From the NCBI GenBank assembly GCA_010093605.1, contig MU004183.1, forward strand, positions 1,550,001 to 1,614,000: a DNA stretch of 64,000 nt, read 5' to 3'. The DNA comes from Lophium mytilinum (taxonomy: Eukaryota). Below, one piece after another: positions 61,379 through 64,000 of this stretch. The notes beneath the pieces are model-generated. The model was not told the origin of the DNA and searched no databases. It saw only the letters and a list, made by a program, of their open reading frames with translations. The first letter of the stretch is position 1. Each line of letters begins with the position of its first letter. The translations under genes were made by a program, and so were the position numbers.

Positions 61379-63179
61379 CAAGATCGTAGATGCGGCAACG
61401 GAGGGGCGTGTGAGAGAGAGGTCGGCCGATCGGTTCAGGTGGGCTTTGCTTGGGGCGATCAAAGCGCGGTGTGGCGGACGATTATGTAGCAGCGAGAGGC
61501 AATCGGTGAATGACTGGATGCAGGCGCGGGCTGCAAGTGGAAGCTCGTCCTGGCAGCAGTGGATGGTTAGTCTGGAGTCGCAGCAATACAGCGAGGGATG
61601 CGACGGGGCGGTCGCAACTGCGCCGGCGGCCTTTGCGCGGCGTGCGATGCTCACAATTGTCGATGCGCATCGTGGGTAGACAGGCCAGTGGGAAGCTTAC
61701 CTGCTGCTGTGGGAGAGTCGATCGGGCTGGTGAGTACAGTAAGGGCTGAGTCAACGTCCTTTATAATGCTAAAAGGCGAGCGTCCGTGGCGCTGCTCCCG
61801 GGCCGAGCAGTGGAGCCATGACAAGGTGAATATGCGAATTAATTACAGCGGCACCGGGAGCAACACCAACCCCATTTCCTCCATTCGGCAATCGTCCCAG
61901 CGCCCGCGGCATACCAATCCACGGCGTATAGCAAAGCCTTTGCGCCAGCTCGCAGTGAGGTCGGTAGTTTTGCTTACCAATTGTCCATGTCTTGGCAGTG
62001 AATACGCTTCCGAGCGTCCCGTGGAGCACTACTGCTCCGCAGGCTAGCACTCAAGGGGCGCATGAGGCAAGTGTTGCGGACGTCAGCCGCGGAGCATCAG
62101 CAATACCGTCAAATAGACGACTAATCATCGTATGTAATCCTCACTCTGGGCATTAGCTTTGGGCAATATAGAGGTAGTCTGCAAGACCGTCTCGCTGTAA
62201 ATCTATGTACACTGGTCCACCGCTGTCTGAGATACCTCGATATATTTTGGTAATATGAACCAGACGTATATCGGTCAGTTCAAACCGTCCGTAGCCTTGC
62301 CAGGCCGCCTCTATCCTGTGTTATGGATGTGACTTGGCGTCATACCAAGCGTAGTCGGTTCCGAGCTCCCAGATTAGTTAGCACATTGAAGCTCCCTAGG
62401 AGTTCGGCGTGTTTAGAATCGCGAATGCGAGGTCCAGGAGTGCGGAATCTGAAGTGCGGTAGTATTTAGGAGTCTCTGCCTGCGTAGAGCATCAAGTTCA
62501 TGTTGTCTGAAGTGCTCCAATGTATCATGCGAAGCCTACGTAGGATCCAATGTTTGAAACGCTGTAAGTCATGCTTGCTATCTAGGCCCAATTTCTCATT
62601 GCTTGACACTGGTTGAAGCGCTCCAAGACATCATGTCATGTAGGATGAGGAATGGATATGAAGGTTACAATGCCGTGATTTAGACTACGCCCTATTCGTG
62701 AGCTTTCCTAACAGTGCTTGCCAGTTGTTACACTGGAAACTCATGAGTGACCTTTTGCAGGCCGAAGAGTCAGCAATACCCCACACTGATCAAATCAACG
62801 ACTAATCACGTATCGAACGATATTATTTCCTTCCTAGGGCATTGAATCGGTGGTCGGCCGAGAGTCGTCTTGCCCCCACCTGTGGTACGACGACTGGACG
62901 CGTTAATCGACACCCCAGTCGTGTCAGGCATCTCGCGCCATCTTCTCCTTCTGTCGGCTGCATGTTGAGCGGCACGGTGGAGGACTGTGCATTCCCACAC
63001 CGTGCATTCCCGCTGGACCAGGAACCCCGAGGTCCCACGGTGCACACCCTGACCCGTGTCGTCACTGAACAACCTCGCGTGGAGCAATCCCCTCCAACCT
63101 CTATCACCAAGGATGAGTGACCGGTGAAGATGATATGTATGAACGAATAGTCGCATAGACCGCGTCTCAAGTCCTCGCA

Positions 63180-63876
63180 ATGGCCATGCAGTATTTGCGG
63201 CCGTCCCTGGTAGTTAGGTAGGACTATTCCACAGAGATATTAGAACAGTTTCGCTTCTTTCCCCAGTCATACACAATACACAAGATTCCCTTGGTGATCT
63301 TGTCAGAACTCTGTCTAACTCTCTTATCACCCCAGCAGATGTCAGATCCTCTGCCGCGCTGGCACTTCGCTCGCAGTGTCTCGCGCCATCAACCTGCATC
63401 TACGGCGTCCAGTCTCCACCTGCGGCACCTCACTCCGCCCTATTACTCGCTCTAATATTCACTCTAATCCTCGAAGTACTACCGCCATGACAAGCGCCGA
63501 TCCTACCTTATCCCCGAGCGCCTCCATAACCCCGATCTTCTCCCCTTCCCAGCCCGCGGACCTCCCCGCGCGCGCAACCTCGCTCTTGCGAACCTCGTCC
63601 TGGACGCTGACGCCTTCGCGCATCGCCATCACGCGCGTCTACCGCTTCAAGACGTTCAAGGCCGCGTGGGCGTTCATGAACAAGGTCGCTGACGAGTGTA
63701 AGCGGCAGCGGCATCACCCGTCGTGGCATAATCTGTACAACGAAGTTACGATTGAGTGGACGACGCATCGGCCGGAGGGGTTGAGTATCAAGGATGTGGA
63801 GATGGCCGAGTTTTGCGATAGGGTTGCGGAGGAGGGTGGGGCTGTGGAGGGGGAGGAGGGAAAGAAGTGCTGTTAG
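63180..63876 (+). CDS. Pterin-4-alpha-carbinolamine dehydratase
   Basis: FKTFKAAWAFMNKVA..HHPSWHNLYNEVTIEWTTH..GLSIKDVEMA. Core ATG at 63487. The upstream exon 63180-63217 with intron 63218-63335 is inferred and less certain. Confidence 0.88.
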
Positions 63877-64000
63877 GGATGTCACTCGTTCTGAGTGTAT
63901 GCCACGACCGCTTTGGGGTTGAAGACGGGGATGATGAGTTTTGAGTCTGTAGCGCGCATAGGTGCAACAGCTGGGTATGTTACGATCATCACAAGGATAG

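Noticed and set aside
61482..61670. Apparent 62-codon uORF upstream of the bZIP gene
   Set aside because: Its ATG lies inside the predicted 5'UTR intron 61700-61550.

Overview
Gene-dense chromosomal DNA from a filamentous ascomycete (Pezizomycotina). It has short GT-AG introns with CTAAC/CTGAC branch points and RIP-like mutation. About 23 intact or partial protein-coding genes can be modelled by hand. Recognisable ones are the TFC6 3' end, a CSC1/OSCA channel, TANGO2/NRDE, arylamine N-acetyltransferase, AGM1, two MFS transporters, a GNAT, ECO1, EMG1, an SDR, NoxB, CYC3, a KapC-like bZIP and PCBD. There is also a 650-bp RIP-damaged non-autonomous TIR transposon with an 8-bp TSD, and several pseudogenes. 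The most interesting items are: (i) a cytidine/dCMP-deaminase-fold gene where a 70-nt frame-switching intron decides whether the HxE and PCxxC zinc motifs end up in one protein; (ii) an intronless, bacterial-type D-threonine-aldolase-like PLP enzyme with an optional mitochondrial-type N-terminus, divergent from an ACS-family transporter; (iii) a 73-aa six-cysteine secreted peptide that the ORF track misses; (iv) a secreted protein with four WGKPFTLxPYS repeats; (v) a tandem pair of frameshifted F-box-like paralogs next to a ~147-bp diverged tandem repeat; (vi) a GC-AG intron inside the bZIP basic region. No tRNA, rRNA or CRISPR array was seen. All exon models and family calls are by eye; no database search was run.
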